A DNA stretch of 64,000 bases, from IMG/VR virus record IMGVR_UViG_3300036766_000837, positions 1-64,000 of that record, one strand, 5' to 3'. Position numbers and translations under genes: made by a program. This DNA comes from a virus. Positions 19,245-28,692 of the stretch are shown here, piece after piece. Below the pieces are notes generated by a model, which saw nothing but the letters and a program-made list of their open reading frames with translations, had not been told where the DNA came from and did not search any database. How positions within the stretch are numbered: the first letter of the stretch is position 1; each line of letters opens with the position of its first letter.

Positions 19245-19703
19245 TCATAGTCCTTCTACTCCCTTAGCAAGGTCAACTTGCGTAAAAAGTTTACTATCCA
19301 TTGTAAGAGGGCGTAATTCGCTCTCTTCATTCTTCTTTTCACCGTATCGTTCAATAATAAAACTAGTAGCTGCCACAAAATTCGTGAATGTTGCTCTTGC
19401 CAATCCAGACAAAAATGAGTCTACTCTTGTCGCGCAACAAACGAAAATCACAGGTATATTCAATGCTGTTGCATATCCTACCTCAGCCGCCATTCCATAA
19501 ACATACGGATAATCATCAAGATATGCAAGTATAAGGTCACATTGACGAATCGCCTCAAGGTCCCAACCAACATAATAACCAGGGATATGATGTACTTCGG
19601 TTTTTAATTCAGGGTCTATTACCGTAATACCAACTTCCCCCAAATCTTCCGTTATTTTTATCTTATAATTTTTGTAGAAACCTCCAGACAAATAGACCTT
19701 CAT
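19245..19703 (-). CDS. Nucleoside 2-deoxyribosyltransferase / NMP N-glycosidase family
   Basis: KVYLSGG..DLEAIRQCD..GMAAEVGYATALNIPV. Confidence 0.8.
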   Translation of the reverse strand: MKVYLSGGFYKNYKIKITEDLGEVGITVIDPELKTEVHHIPGYYVGWDLEAIRQCDLILAYLDDYPYVYGMAAEVGYATALNIPVIFVCCATRVDSFLSGLARATFTNFVAATSFIIERYGEKKNEESELRPLTMDSKLFTQVDLAKGVEGL

Positions 19704-19972
19704 ATTATTCCTCTCTGGAATCAAGAATGGCAAGAGCGACACGAAGTTCACCTAATATACCTGTACGAGAAAATGCCCCCGATATAGTTGGAGCAAAATG
19801 ACTCTTATCGGCCTCGGTTTCATCACAAATCTCAATCAATCTTCGCGCCGCTTTTATCACCCGGTCTATATCGACAGGGGCGGAGGCAGTCCCTAAAAAT
19901 TTAATCATCGAAATTTTCCTAGATTCATTCATATTTTTCTCCTCCCATCTTTCTATTATATATCGAAAACTC

Positions 19973-20069
19973 TGGAGGAGGCAGGGGCGGCGCATCTGAC
20001 AAGGCTCACCGCTGGCGCTAGGTTCGTGTCAGAATATTTAGTGCCCCCTATCGCTCCTTGCCTCCACCA
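19973..20069 (-). ncRNA. Rod-like structured RNA downstream of tRNA-Arg
   Basis: UGGUGGAGGCA/UGCCUCCUCCA terminal stem; UCUGACA/UGUCAGA inner stem. Confidence 0.5.
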
Positions 20070-20087
20070 CAATCTTCCACACCTTCG

Positions 20088-20159
20088 AGCCCCCGGTAGG
20101 AATCGAACCTGCGCACACGGTTTAGGAAACCGTTGCTCTATCCATTGAGCTACGAGGGC
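20088..20159 (-). tRNA. tRNA-Arg(CCU)
   Basis: GCCCUCG/CGGGGGC; ACGGU-UUCCUAA-ACCGU. Confidence 0.92.
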
Positions 20160-20566
20160 CAAATATTTATGTCAGTCGTTCGTAAGCAACAACAGTAACG
20201 TCACTTCCGTCATAAAAATCAGTCCAACCACCATATGCCTTAATCATCGAAGTATACAAGCCTGTATATGATCGGGAACATATCTCATGTTCATTTTCGA
20301 TAAGTCGGGCTGGTACATCATAAAATGCTCCAGTCCAAATTTCGACAACTTTTCCTGTTCCTTGTCGGTCACAATTACCACATGCCTCAGCCGCAGGGTC
20401 TTCATAACAAACAGAATCCATACAACGATTTGAACAAACACATAAAATCAAATCTTCGTTATTAGCATCTGCCCACTTCAAACCATTACGAACCGTAACT
20501 CCAATTCCTCCCGGTTCTACATCAAGGGTATGGAGCATATGCATAACTCGCGTCATTCTTTTCTCC

Positions 20567-20929
20567 TTAATTAATAACCGTATATGGTATATTATATTTC
20601 TTAGCCAAACCAATCATACTTCTAGTCCCTTTACTGTCCCAAATATTTTCATGAAAAGCATATACATAATTGGGTTTACCTTCATCTAACATCTGTTTAT
20701 TCCTGATTGGGCCTGCTGCCCTTCCATAGCGCAACCAATCGGCAGGATATTCTTCAACCTCGATATTATACTCCCTTGCCAAGGACCCTGCAATACTGTC
20801 GGCTCCCTTTGCTGCCCCATGAATAATGACAAGATTTTCTGCCCCATATATTGTCTCCAGCAAGATAATAATATCTCTTATTTTTCCCTCATCATTCCAA
20901 TTTCGGGACCCACAAAATAAATATCTCAT
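20567..20929 (-). CDS. YspA/SLOG-like (DUF2493) protein
   Basis: CGSRNW..IIHGAAKGAD..YPADW..GRAAGPIRNKQML. Confidence 0.85.
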   Translation of the reverse strand: MRYLFCGSRNWNDEGKIRDIIILLETIYGAENLVIIHGAAKGADSIAGSLAREYNIEVEEYPADWLRYGRAAGPIRNKQMLDEGKPNYVYAFHENIWDSKGTRSMIGLAKKYNIPYTVIN

Positions 20930-22258
20930 CTCACACCGTCTCCACATACTTGAGGTCTTCACCGAGGCGACCCTCTAGTTCCTGGCACCGACGACGCAGG
21001 GCACGAATCACATCTCCCGCGCAGTACGGGAAAGCGCCCAGGTACCCGTTCGGCGTCTTCATCGCATCCATAAGGTCGGCCGCTACGTCCTCACACATGG
21101 AGTGCTCCAATGTCAGTTCTTCTAGGGCTACTTCCAGCTCAGCGATTCGACGGCGAGCCCTCATGGGGTTGTCTCCCCTATCTCGCGGCGGAGATTCGCA
21201 CGCATGTCGGCCGGGGCGATGGGGCCTACGACTGGTGGCAGCCTGTCTTCCAGCCCCGGTGTCTTGATGCGGCCGGTGCCGCGTAGTTCGTGACAAGTGG
21301 GACAAACGGGGCCATAAGGTCGGCCGTCTGCCGGAGGAGAACCGACACCACTAGTCTCGCACTCCGGGCATGGCTCGTCGGTGCCGTAGACGATGCGGCG
21401 GAGGTCTTGCGTGAAGTCGTGGATCGCACCGCCCGTCTGACCGAACGTGGCACGCCCTTTGCCTTCCCACTTGTCTAGCACTTCGCCCAGCGTCGTCGGC
21501 TCGGTCATGCGTGTTCTCCATATTCCTCAACGACGCGGAAGATGCCGATGAGGGGGTACTTCACAACCCACCCGTCTAGGCGAAGGACGCAGAACAGCGG
21601 TCCTTTCGTGTAGGTTTGCACGGCGTCATGCTCGATAGGTTGCGCCGTTTCGAGCATCCAGATACACACGCGGAACGTCTTAGTCACAGTGTTCTCGCTC
21701 ATCTCCAGCCTCCAAAACATCCTCGAAGACAAACTTCTCGCCAGATTCGGTTGGAAGTGGTTCAATGGAAAGCACCTTCGACATCGTTGCCGTCGCGTAA
21801 ACCGTTCTGCCCACAAGGTCCTCCCAACGGCCGACACCGCAGGCTTTCAGGAGGCGCATAATGAACTCCATACCCTCAGCCGTTCCAACACGACAATCTT
21901 TCTCCACGATATACTCATCAAGAGCATATAAACCAGCACCTTGTCCCGAACCACCATAGTCCAAATCTATCCAACAGGTAAAAATACCATGGTCTTCCCA
22001 GCCAAGATGCGCCCCGGTAATCTTCGCTACACGACGCTCAGAATCACTCATTTTTCTTTTACCTCCTTAACATTAATATCCCAATCAACTAATTCCCAAT
22101 TTATAGAATTAATATCTGGAAGTAATTCTCCTGCCGCATCTTCAGGCGTATCACCCGGTCCGATATCTTCATCATCAAACGTAAATTCAGTATGATAGGT
22201 ATGTTCTGCCACAACTTTGTATGTTGTCATTCCCTATTCCTCCCTCCTTTAAGAGAAA

Positions 22259-22361
22259 GTGGGGGCGCACGGGAGAAAAGCTACGACTATTTAAAGGAGC
22301 TTCTCGATTCACCTATCCAAAAAGGCAGAGCCCGTTACGGCGGGATAGCCCACGCCCCCAC
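22259..22361 (-). ncRNA. Multibranch structured intergenic RNA
   Basis: GUGGGGGCGU/GCGCCCCCAC closing stem with three hairpins (CCCG/CGGG, GCCU/AGGU, GAGAAGCU/AGCUUUUC). Confidence 0.55.
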
Positions 22362-22367
22362 GTTTAT

Positions 22368-23141
22368 TTACTTGATAGTTACCTTCTCAACCCCAATCTT
22401 CACCGTATAGAGTTCACCATCCTTAAACATCAAGGTGGTGCCATCTTTGGTTGTAAATATATTTTCCGCTCCAAGCATCTGTTTCAATCCTTCGGGAACC
22501 ATCGCAATTGCTTGAGGTTCCACCCCCATATTAATGATTTCAGGAATAATCTCAGATACTTTAGGCTTAGAAAGTTCATATCCCTTGAGATAATATTTGA
22601 TACCAGAGGTCTTCCCCTCGGAGCGAATTTTGTCCAACTTCTTAAGGGTTATCACCCTAGAACTTACCGCCTCAGATGATATCCCAAGAAGTTCAGCATA
22701 CTCCCGAGTGTGAAGTCCCGGATTATTTTTGATAATTTTTAGAAGTTCTCGACCTTTTTGAGTAACCCGATGACTTCTCAGATGACTCCCATATCCGATA
22801 GTATTCATTTCCTTACCACATTTTTGGCATTCAATTCTTTTTTCAACCGTAATCTCATCAACAAGTTCAGGTTGTTTAATTTTTCCGGGAAAATACCGCA
22901 TATCTTTGGTACTACCCGTGGAATACATCTTGCCAACTTTCCTGAGATTTGCCGCCCCACTATCAACAGACGAACGGGATATCCCAATAAGTTCGGCATA
23001 CTGTCGAGGAGCAAGACCTGGAATGGTCCTGATAGCTTCCAAGAGTTCTTTAGCCCCATTCGAGACTCGATGCCCCGTCATATGTCCGCCAAGAGCCCCC
23101 CACGAATCCCATTCCTTACCACATTTTCGACACTTAACCAT
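22368..23141 (-). CDS. Tandem (C2H2 zinc finger-winged HTH)x2 DNA-binding protein
   Basis: CRKCGK..GHMTGH and CQKCGK..SHLRSH, each followed by ELL..I...PGL..R.YAEL.GIS. Confidence 0.75.
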   Translation of the reverse strand: MVKCRKCGKEWDSWGALGGHMTGHRVSNGAKELLEAIRTIPGLAPRQYAELIGISRSSVDSGAANLRKVGKMYSTGSTKDMRYFPGKIKQPELVDEITVEKRIECQKCGKEMNTIGYGSHLRSHRVTQKGRELLKIIKNNPGLHTREYAELLGISSEAVSSRVITLKKLDKIRSEGKTSGIKYYLKGYELSKPKVSEIIPEIINMGVEPQAIAMVPEGLKQMLGAENIFTTKDGTTLMFKDGELYTVKIGVEKVTIK

Positions 23142-23161
23142 TTTCTTTGCCCCTCCTGTCC

Positions 23162-24028
23162 TTAGTCCCAAACTCTTGTGCTTCCACCGATAATTGCCAC
23201 AATTTCTCTATTTTTAATAACTCGATGCCAACCTTCAAGGAACTTCCCTACATGGTGAAGGGGATTTATCCTTTCACCGCCATATACATAACCCTTAACA
23301 AATAAATTATTATTTTCAACAATAGTTTGTAGGGCGAAATGGTTATCCAATAGATTTCGCCCCCAATAACTTCTTCTATTACTAGGCTTCCAATCCAAAT
23401 TTCTATCTACAATCCTATCCGGCCTTTCCATCGCAATTTTTTCTAATTTTGTCTCTATTTTTTGTGAAACCGGAACAAAGAACCACTCTCCTTGCCGAAT
23501 CCAATCTCCCCTAAGACCCTTCGGTTTAAGAACCTCATGAGCCCTCTCAACAGACTTTACGGACTCAGGTAGGCCACAAATGAAATGATACTTCTCGTCA
23601 AAACCGAGAAGAAGGGTTTGATTTGAATAAGGGGTACTAGCCTCAATCATTGCTATATATCCAGAGTCTTTAGAGGAATCCGTATTTTTCTGTACATCCT
23701 TAACTTGGCACTTTGTTTTAAGAGGAAGGGAAACCTTAGCCCTAAAGTCTTGTAGTGCTTGTTGTGGTAGAGTCATATAACTATTTATAGCACGAAAGTT
23801 AATTCTTCTCTCAATTTTACGATTCCCCTCAACAGAATTTATTACGGCCTGCCGATATTTCGCATCAGGATAGGTCTTAACATCCGCTATTCCCGGCCAA
23901 AATTTGATGGTTCCTTCAGGTCCCTTAGGGATCACCGCAATGGCAAAGATGCCATTTCCCAAAGGGCCTCGACTATAATCTTCTGCAACGATTCCCGCAT
24001 CTCGAAGAATCTCAATCGTTTCACTCAT
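23162..24028 (-). CDS. Conserved phage hypothetical protein
   Basis: 288-aa ORF with RQGEWFFVP motif. Confidence 0.65.
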   Translation of the reverse strand: MSETIEILRDAGIVAEDYSRGPLGNGIFAIAVIPKGPEGTIKFWPGIADVKTYPDAKYRQAVINSVEGNRKIERRINFRAINSYMTLPQQALQDFRAKVSLPLKTKCQVKDVQKNTDSSKDSGYIAMIEASTPYSNQTLLLGFDEKYHFICGLPESVKSVERAHEVLKPKGLRGDWIRQGEWFFVPVSQKIETKLEKIAMERPDRIVDRNLDWKPSNRRSYWGRNLLDNHFALQTIVENNNLFVKGYVYGGERINPLHHVGKFLEGWHRVIKNREIVAIIGGSTRVWD

Positions 24029-24923
24029 TTCTTTACCTTTCTCTTTCCCTTCTCCGCCTGCTTCTTCATATTATCTATCGCTTGTCTTTTCATATTGTCT
24101 TTATGGATAACCGTTCCCCATGCATTTTTTTGAATATCTTTCCCCAAAGCCTCTAGGGCTCGACCAACAGCAAATTTAATCCCAAGAAGTTCGTCATTTT
24201 TATCTTCAAAATTTCTTTGAGAATATCTTCGAGTCTTTCCTGAATATTCTACTGTATAACCAAGAGAAGACTCACCGGTTTTAAGAATATCCAATTCTGC
24301 ATCCACAAATGTAATTTTATTTGATGCCCCAACATACATAAATGTTACATGTGGAACATACTTATCGTCGTTTAAAGCAGCCATAACTCCTTCCTTCTCC
24401 TATCTAGCCATGTATATCCGGACCACTTTTCCAATTTTTTCTCCGAATAGAGCAAATGCCCCATCCCTCTACTGTCCAATATTTTCTTCAATATTTCCTC
24501 GCCCTTATCTTCAGAAGATTTCCCATCATCAAATTCTTCACAAAGTTTATATTCCTTAGGATTTAAAGCGAGAGTTCTGAATGGAATCATCTTATCAGAC
24601 CGTAAGCCATAGTCAATGGTATTTGGGTCTTTTATCTTTCTCACGCAAACCCTCCTGTATCAACCCATACTAGATTTAGGTCGGCCCAATCATAGAATCT
24701 GTTCCATGCTTCATAAAATTCTTCACTAGTAGTGCTTTTTCCAACATCACACAAGATATCTTCTATCCGTAGATCAAGCATATTATGTTCATGGAGGGCT
24801 TCCAGACATTTCTCGACAACCATTTTTGCATTCTTTGGATTAAAGGGAACGTCTCTATGGTTTCTAAAAATATCGCCTAATTCGATTTGAAACTTCCAAT
24901 TAGCCATTTCAAATCCTTTCATG

Positions 24924-24994
24924 CTGCGGGAGAAAGATTCGAACTTTCGCTGACGGGTCCAAGGCCCGGAGTGCTACCGCTACACTATCCCGCA
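24924..24994 (-). tRNA. tRNA-Gln(UUG), with C33
   Basis: UGCGGGA/UCCCGCA-G; loop CCUUGGA. Confidence 0.85.
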
Positions 24995-25231
24995 ATTGTA
25001 TCATAGATAGGGACAAAATTGTAGCGTTAGATTAGTTCCCAAAATTCGGCGAAATTATAACAGAATTTACAACACACCCGCTTATATTTACGAATTATAA
25101 AACATGTACCACAACAGATGCAATTATTTAAATCCTCTTCAGATACTTTAAGTTCTTTCCGACCATCACTGGTCAGCCTATAATATCTCCTTGGGATAAC
25201 CTTTGCGGCCATATTTTCATCTCCCCTTTCG

Positions 25232-25305
25232 CTCCGGGGGCGAGACTCGAACTCGCAACCATCGGATTAACAATCCGCCACTCTCGCCTATTGAGCTACC
25301 CCGGA
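25232..25305 (-). tRNA. tRNA-Asn(GUU)
   Basis: UCCGGGG/CCCCGGA-G; loop UUGUUAA. Confidence 0.92.
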
Positions 25306-25328
25306 CTATTGTACATCATTGCACCGGG

Positions 25329-25399
25329 AGCCGGGTCGGGGAATCGAACCCCAGACTGAGCATTACAAATGCCCTGCATTACCACTATGCTATCCCGGC
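25329..25399 (-). tRNA. tRNA-Thr(UGU)
   Basis: GCCGGGA/ACCCGGC-U; GGGCA-UUUGUAA-UGCUC. Confidence 0.88.
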
Positions 25400-26321
25400 C
25401 TTATCTTATTCTATCATTGACGATCTCTTTCCATCGCATCTTGCAAAAAGCAGACCACTTCATCACAAATCAAATTACTATGACCATCCACCTCTTCAAG
25501 GTTTCTTAGGCGAATTTTTCCAGAATCGTCTCTATCAAATCCCATATGATATAGATATTCGGCTCCATATCCATTTGCATAGATAGAAATTCCTTCATCT
25601 TTCATAGGGTTATCTACGATAAGTTCGGGGGAATCCAGGTATTGATTCTCTTCCTGCCCAACAGATAAAGTCCAAACTTCGTCAATATATATGATTGCAC
25701 GGATATCTGAAAATCCACTAAACACTGAGTTAACCAGCATTTTGAATTCGTTTTTGTCTTGCGGCGCCTGAATAACATATAGTTCTTTAGGAGTTATAAC
25801 CATAAATTCTGGACGAACATACCCATCCTTATTAATCAGGTTTTGCGATGTAAGTATCCTCTCATTTATAAGAGCTTCGAAATTCTCTTCTGTAAGTTCT
25901 TCTTCAAGTTCTGTAACATATGCTGCCACCGCCCCGTCAGGAATCTCCATATTCATAAACTAACCCTTCTAGGAAACAGCGGTTATTTCGATTTCGAAAT
26001 ATGGTTCATTTTCCAGTTCTTCAGGGGCCTTTAAATACATATTCCATTCAGAATAATCCGGAACATATATTTCGAGCACATTATCATTGTTTTTTGTTGG
26101 GTCTAGACTATACACCCCCCACAGGTAATAGGGTATAGGAATCCCTGTCCCTACATCCATCTCCATAAGGATTCTAAGAACCACCCTTAGTCTCCCTTCG
26201 GAGATTCTATCTTGCACAAATTGGTCGAATTCGTCTCGTCTTCCACCAACCAAATTTTCAAAGTCGGCATCAGCCAGATATCTAAAGAACTCTTCTACTT
26301 TCATAGTCTTTTTAATATGTT

Positions 26322-26350
26322 GAAGGGCCGGGGAACCTTCCCCGGCCCTC
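26322..26350 (-). terminator. GC-rich hairpin after 26370..26696 (terminator or processing signal)
   Basis: GAGGGCCGGG/CCCGGCCCUU stem; U-tract weak. Confidence 0.4.
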
Positions 26351-26369
26351 CCACCATAATCATACCTTT

Positions 26370-26696
26370 CTACGAGGCTTTCTTCACATGGCGCTTACGC
26401 CCTTGTGCTGGGGCATCGCCTACAGAATACCCCTGGAAGGCCAGCCTGCCGTTCTTCGCATCATAGACCGTTCGAACGTCAAGCCCCGCCTTGTTCGCGG
26501 CTTCACGAACCTTCCGCGCCCACCGTTCCTTGGACTTGCCATCGGAGATGCCCGTAAAGGCATGTTCCTTCAAGTCCTTAAGTTTCTCGATAATCGGCGT
26601 GAGGTCCATCCCCTGCCGACCACGATGAGCCTTCGGCATTTCCGAAAGCTCGATAATCTGCGGGAATTTCTCCGCAGTTTCCTGCTTCATCGCCAT
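26370..26696 (-). CDS. Small basic protein, probable DNA-binding, with GC-rich codons
   Basis: HRGRQG, basic C-tail, own promoter and SD. Confidence 0.65.
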   Translation of the reverse strand: MAMKQETAEKFPQIIELSEMPKAHRGRQGMDLTPIIEKLKDLKEHAFTGISDGKSKERWARKVREAANKAGLDVRTVYDAKNGRLAFQGYSVGDAPAQGRKRHVKKAS

Positions 26697-26737
26697 CTCG
26701 CCCCCCTTTCGGTCTTATAACGAATGGCGTATAGACA

Positions 26738-26766
26738 CATATACCATCTTCTTTCGGGATTGTAAA
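26738..26766 (-). promoter_or_regulatory. Sigma70-type promoter candidate
   Basis: TTTACA-17nt-TATATG with extended -10 TG. Confidence 0.5.
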
Positions 26767-26808
26767 CCTAGATTTGAAAAAATTTCGGATTATTCGAAAG
26801 TTTACATA

Positions 26809-27021
26809 CTAAGCATTATCTCGAATTTTGCGGAAAGGCTCAGTTGGTATCAACGCAAGTCGTTCGTCATGCATCCAACAAAATTTAGTTTTATTGTAAA
26901 TAGACAGGATGGTATCACACCCATCAAAAGCACATATACGTTTTTCTTGTATAGATTTTATTGGCTTACCATGTTTACCATACTCTCTATCAGCCTTTAC
27001 TCCACGATGGATTGTGTCCAA
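26809..27021 (-). CDS. Small zinc-binding protein, paralog of the C-terminus of 34286..34585
   Basis: RICAFDGCDTILSIYNKTKFC vs RICQEKGCATILSVYNKSKIC. Confidence 0.7.
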   Translation of the reverse strand: MDTIHRGVKADREYGKHGKPIKSIQEKRICAFDGCDTILSIYNKTKFCWMHDERLALIPTEPFRKIRDNA

Positions 27022-27044
27022 ATAGGCTCCTCTTTCTTATAGAG

Positions 27045-27099
27045 ATCGGCCAGAAGGCCGAGAGCAATCCTCCGACCCATAGATGGCCCTCTGGCCGAC
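27045..27099 (-). ncRNA. Promoter-proximal long hairpin (leader or sRNA)
   Basis: 15-bp stem GUCGGCCAGAGGGCC/GGCCUUCUGGCCGAU starting about 7 nt after the -10 box. Confidence 0.5.
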
Positions 27100-27106
27100 A
27101 TACAAG

Positions 27107-27135
27107 AGTATACCAGTCACTTTATCTCATGCCAA
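27107..27135 (-). promoter_or_regulatory. Sigma70/SigA-type promoter
   Basis: TTGGCA-17nt-TATACT, extended -10 TG. Confidence 0.7.
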
Positions 27136-27159
27136 CTGAAAAAATTCCCAAATTAATTC

Positions 27160-27621
27160 TCAACAAAATCTCGTAGTTGTCCAATAACCATCCCATGTAC
27201 CTCTCATGTGTGCTATCCTCATTGCCGCTATTATATTGGCCTCTCCATTTTGCCATCGTAGGTTGTTTATTTCTAATGGCTTGATGTATTTATTCGCTAT
27301 CCCATTCCAATTATAAATATAGAATTGATATAAACCTACATAGTGATTATTCGAACCACCTATGGCCTTTGCATAAAGACCAGATTCATGTTCGGCTATA
27401 CACACCGCATAATCAGGCGTATTCGGCGCGTTCCATACCCGCGAAGCACATCTTATAAGTCTTGCCGTTGCCGCTTTGCTTTTTTCCCACTCTATTTGAT
27501 GACAAGCTAAAACTCTGGGATGGTCACTTAAACGACCGGCATTTGCAGCTAAAGTTTCAATATAAAAAAAACTTAAGGCTGTAAATATCAAAATCACAAT
27601 AATCTTACGCAAATATCTCAC
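27160..27621 (-). CDS. Secreted lysozyme-like (SLT/Rpf-like) transglycosylase
   Basis: N-terminal signal peptide; CIAEHESG...YVGLYQF...W. Confidence 0.75.
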   Translation of the reverse strand: MRYLRKIIVILIFTALSFFYIETLAANAGRLSDHPRVLACHQIEWEKSKAATARLIRCASRVWNAPNTPDYAVCIAEHESGLYAKAIGGSNNHYVGLYQFYIYNWNGIANKYIKPLEINNLRWQNGEANIIAAMRIAHMRGTWDGYWTTTRFC

Positions 27622-27729
27622 CTCCTGAAGTGTGTCAGACTTTAAGGCTCTGACTGCACCTTTTGGAAGGTCTTAACTTTTATATCGCCCCCTTTATAAC
27701 TCATTATCAAAGCGCCTGACTGTCAACCG

Positions 27730-27802
27730 TCGCGGCGGCGGGATTTGAACCCGCGACCTCCTGGTTATGAGCCAGGCGAGCTAACCCCTGCTCTACGCCG
27801 CA
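27730..27802 (-). tRNA. tRNA-Met(CAU), initiator-like body
   Basis: UGCGGCG/CGCCGCG-A; GAGC/GCUC D-stem; CCUGG-CUCAUAA-CCAGG. Confidence 0.9.
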
Positions 27803-27838
27803 GAACCACATAATCTTGGACCGAGCATCATCCTGCCG

Positions 27839-27909
27839 TGCGGGTGGGAGGAATCGAACCTCCGACTTGTGGCCCCAAACCACGAACGTTACCACTACGC
27901 CACACCCAC
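27839..27909 (-). tRNA. tRNA-Pro(UGG)
   Basis: GUGGGUG/CACCCGC-A; loop UUUGGGG. Confidence 0.82.
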
Positions 27910-27912
27910 TTG

Positions 27913-27983
27913 TGGACATCCGGGGAGTCGAACCCCGATTGCCTGCATGCAAAACAGGAGTTTTACCATTATACTAGACGCCC
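27913..27983 (-). tRNA. tRNA-Ala(UGC)
   Basis: GGGCGUC/GAUGUCC-A with G3.U70; loop UUUGCAU. Confidence 0.9.
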
Positions 27984-27986
27984 CCG

Positions 27987-28057
27987 AGCGCCACGTCGGA
28001 CTTGAACCGACAACCCATGGTTGGAAGCCACGAATGATTCCATTTCACTAGTGACGC
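27987..28057 (-). tRNA. tRNA-Gly(UCC)
   Basis: GCGUCAC/GUGGCGC-U; loop CUUCCAA. Confidence 0.9.
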
Positions 28058-28078
28058 GCAAATTTCCCTCACTCAGAT

Positions 28079-28107
28079 AGTATACCAGCCATAAATTCGT
28101 TTGTCAC
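28079..28107 (-). promoter_or_regulatory. Sigma70-type promoter for the Gly-Ala-Pro-Met tRNA cluster
   Basis: GTGACA-17nt-TATACT, extended -10 TG. Confidence 0.65.
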
Positions 28108-28691
28108 TAGTTTTTTATTCCCCATTTTTCTATAAAGATATCAATATCTTTTAAATCGGGTAGTCTTTCCAATATAGTCCTATCATCCCAATTCCACCAT
28201 TTCATCTTCTGTAATGCTGCAATTTGTTCAGGGGGGAATCTATATTTCTTTATAATCGATGGATTTCCGACAACTACGGCGTAGTCTGGAATATCTTTAG
28301 TTATAACCGCGTTTGCCCCAATTACAGCCCCATCACCTATCGTTACCCCATCAAAGATTAAAGCATCAAACCCAATCCAAGCATCATTTCCTACTCGGAT
28401 TATTCCATCTTCAGTTGGGTGTCCTGGGCCAGATGGTCTCCAAGAATCCTTTATACTGCAATAGAATATCTCTTCATCAGGGCCTTGAGTATTAATTAAG
28501 GTCTTGAATGGTTCGAATGTATGAAGAGCGGCATTAGTTACACATTTTCTCTGTTTTACAGCTATATGATGAACATGACCACAAAAAATGACCCCACCGG
28601 CAACACTTGAGAAATTTCCTATCTCAACCACAGGTTCAATTACTTCTCTAATCGCGCCAACATATGAAAATCTCCCTAAGGTTATACTCAT
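28107..28691 (-). CDS. CatB/Vat-like hexapeptide-repeat O-acetyltransferase
   Basis: VGNDAWIG..VTIGDGAVIGANAVITKDIPDYAVVVGNP..KYRF..KWWNW; start at ATG 28691. Confidence 0.88.
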   Translation of the reverse strand: MSITLGRFSYVGAIREVIEPVVEIGNFSSVAGGVIFCGHVHHIAVKQRKCVTNAALHTFEPFKTLINTQGPDEEIFYCSIKDSWRPSGPGHPTEDGIIRVGNDAWIGFDALIFDGVTIGDGAVIGANAVITKDIPDYAVVVGNPSIIKKYRFPPEQIAALQKMKWWNWDDRTILERLPDLKDIDIFIEKWGIKN

Positions 28692-28692
28692 G

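Noticed and set aside
24995-25025. Extended -10 TGATACAAT as a promoter for tRNA-Gln
   Set aside because: The hexamer abuts tRNA position 1, leaving no room for a transcription start upstream of the tRNA.
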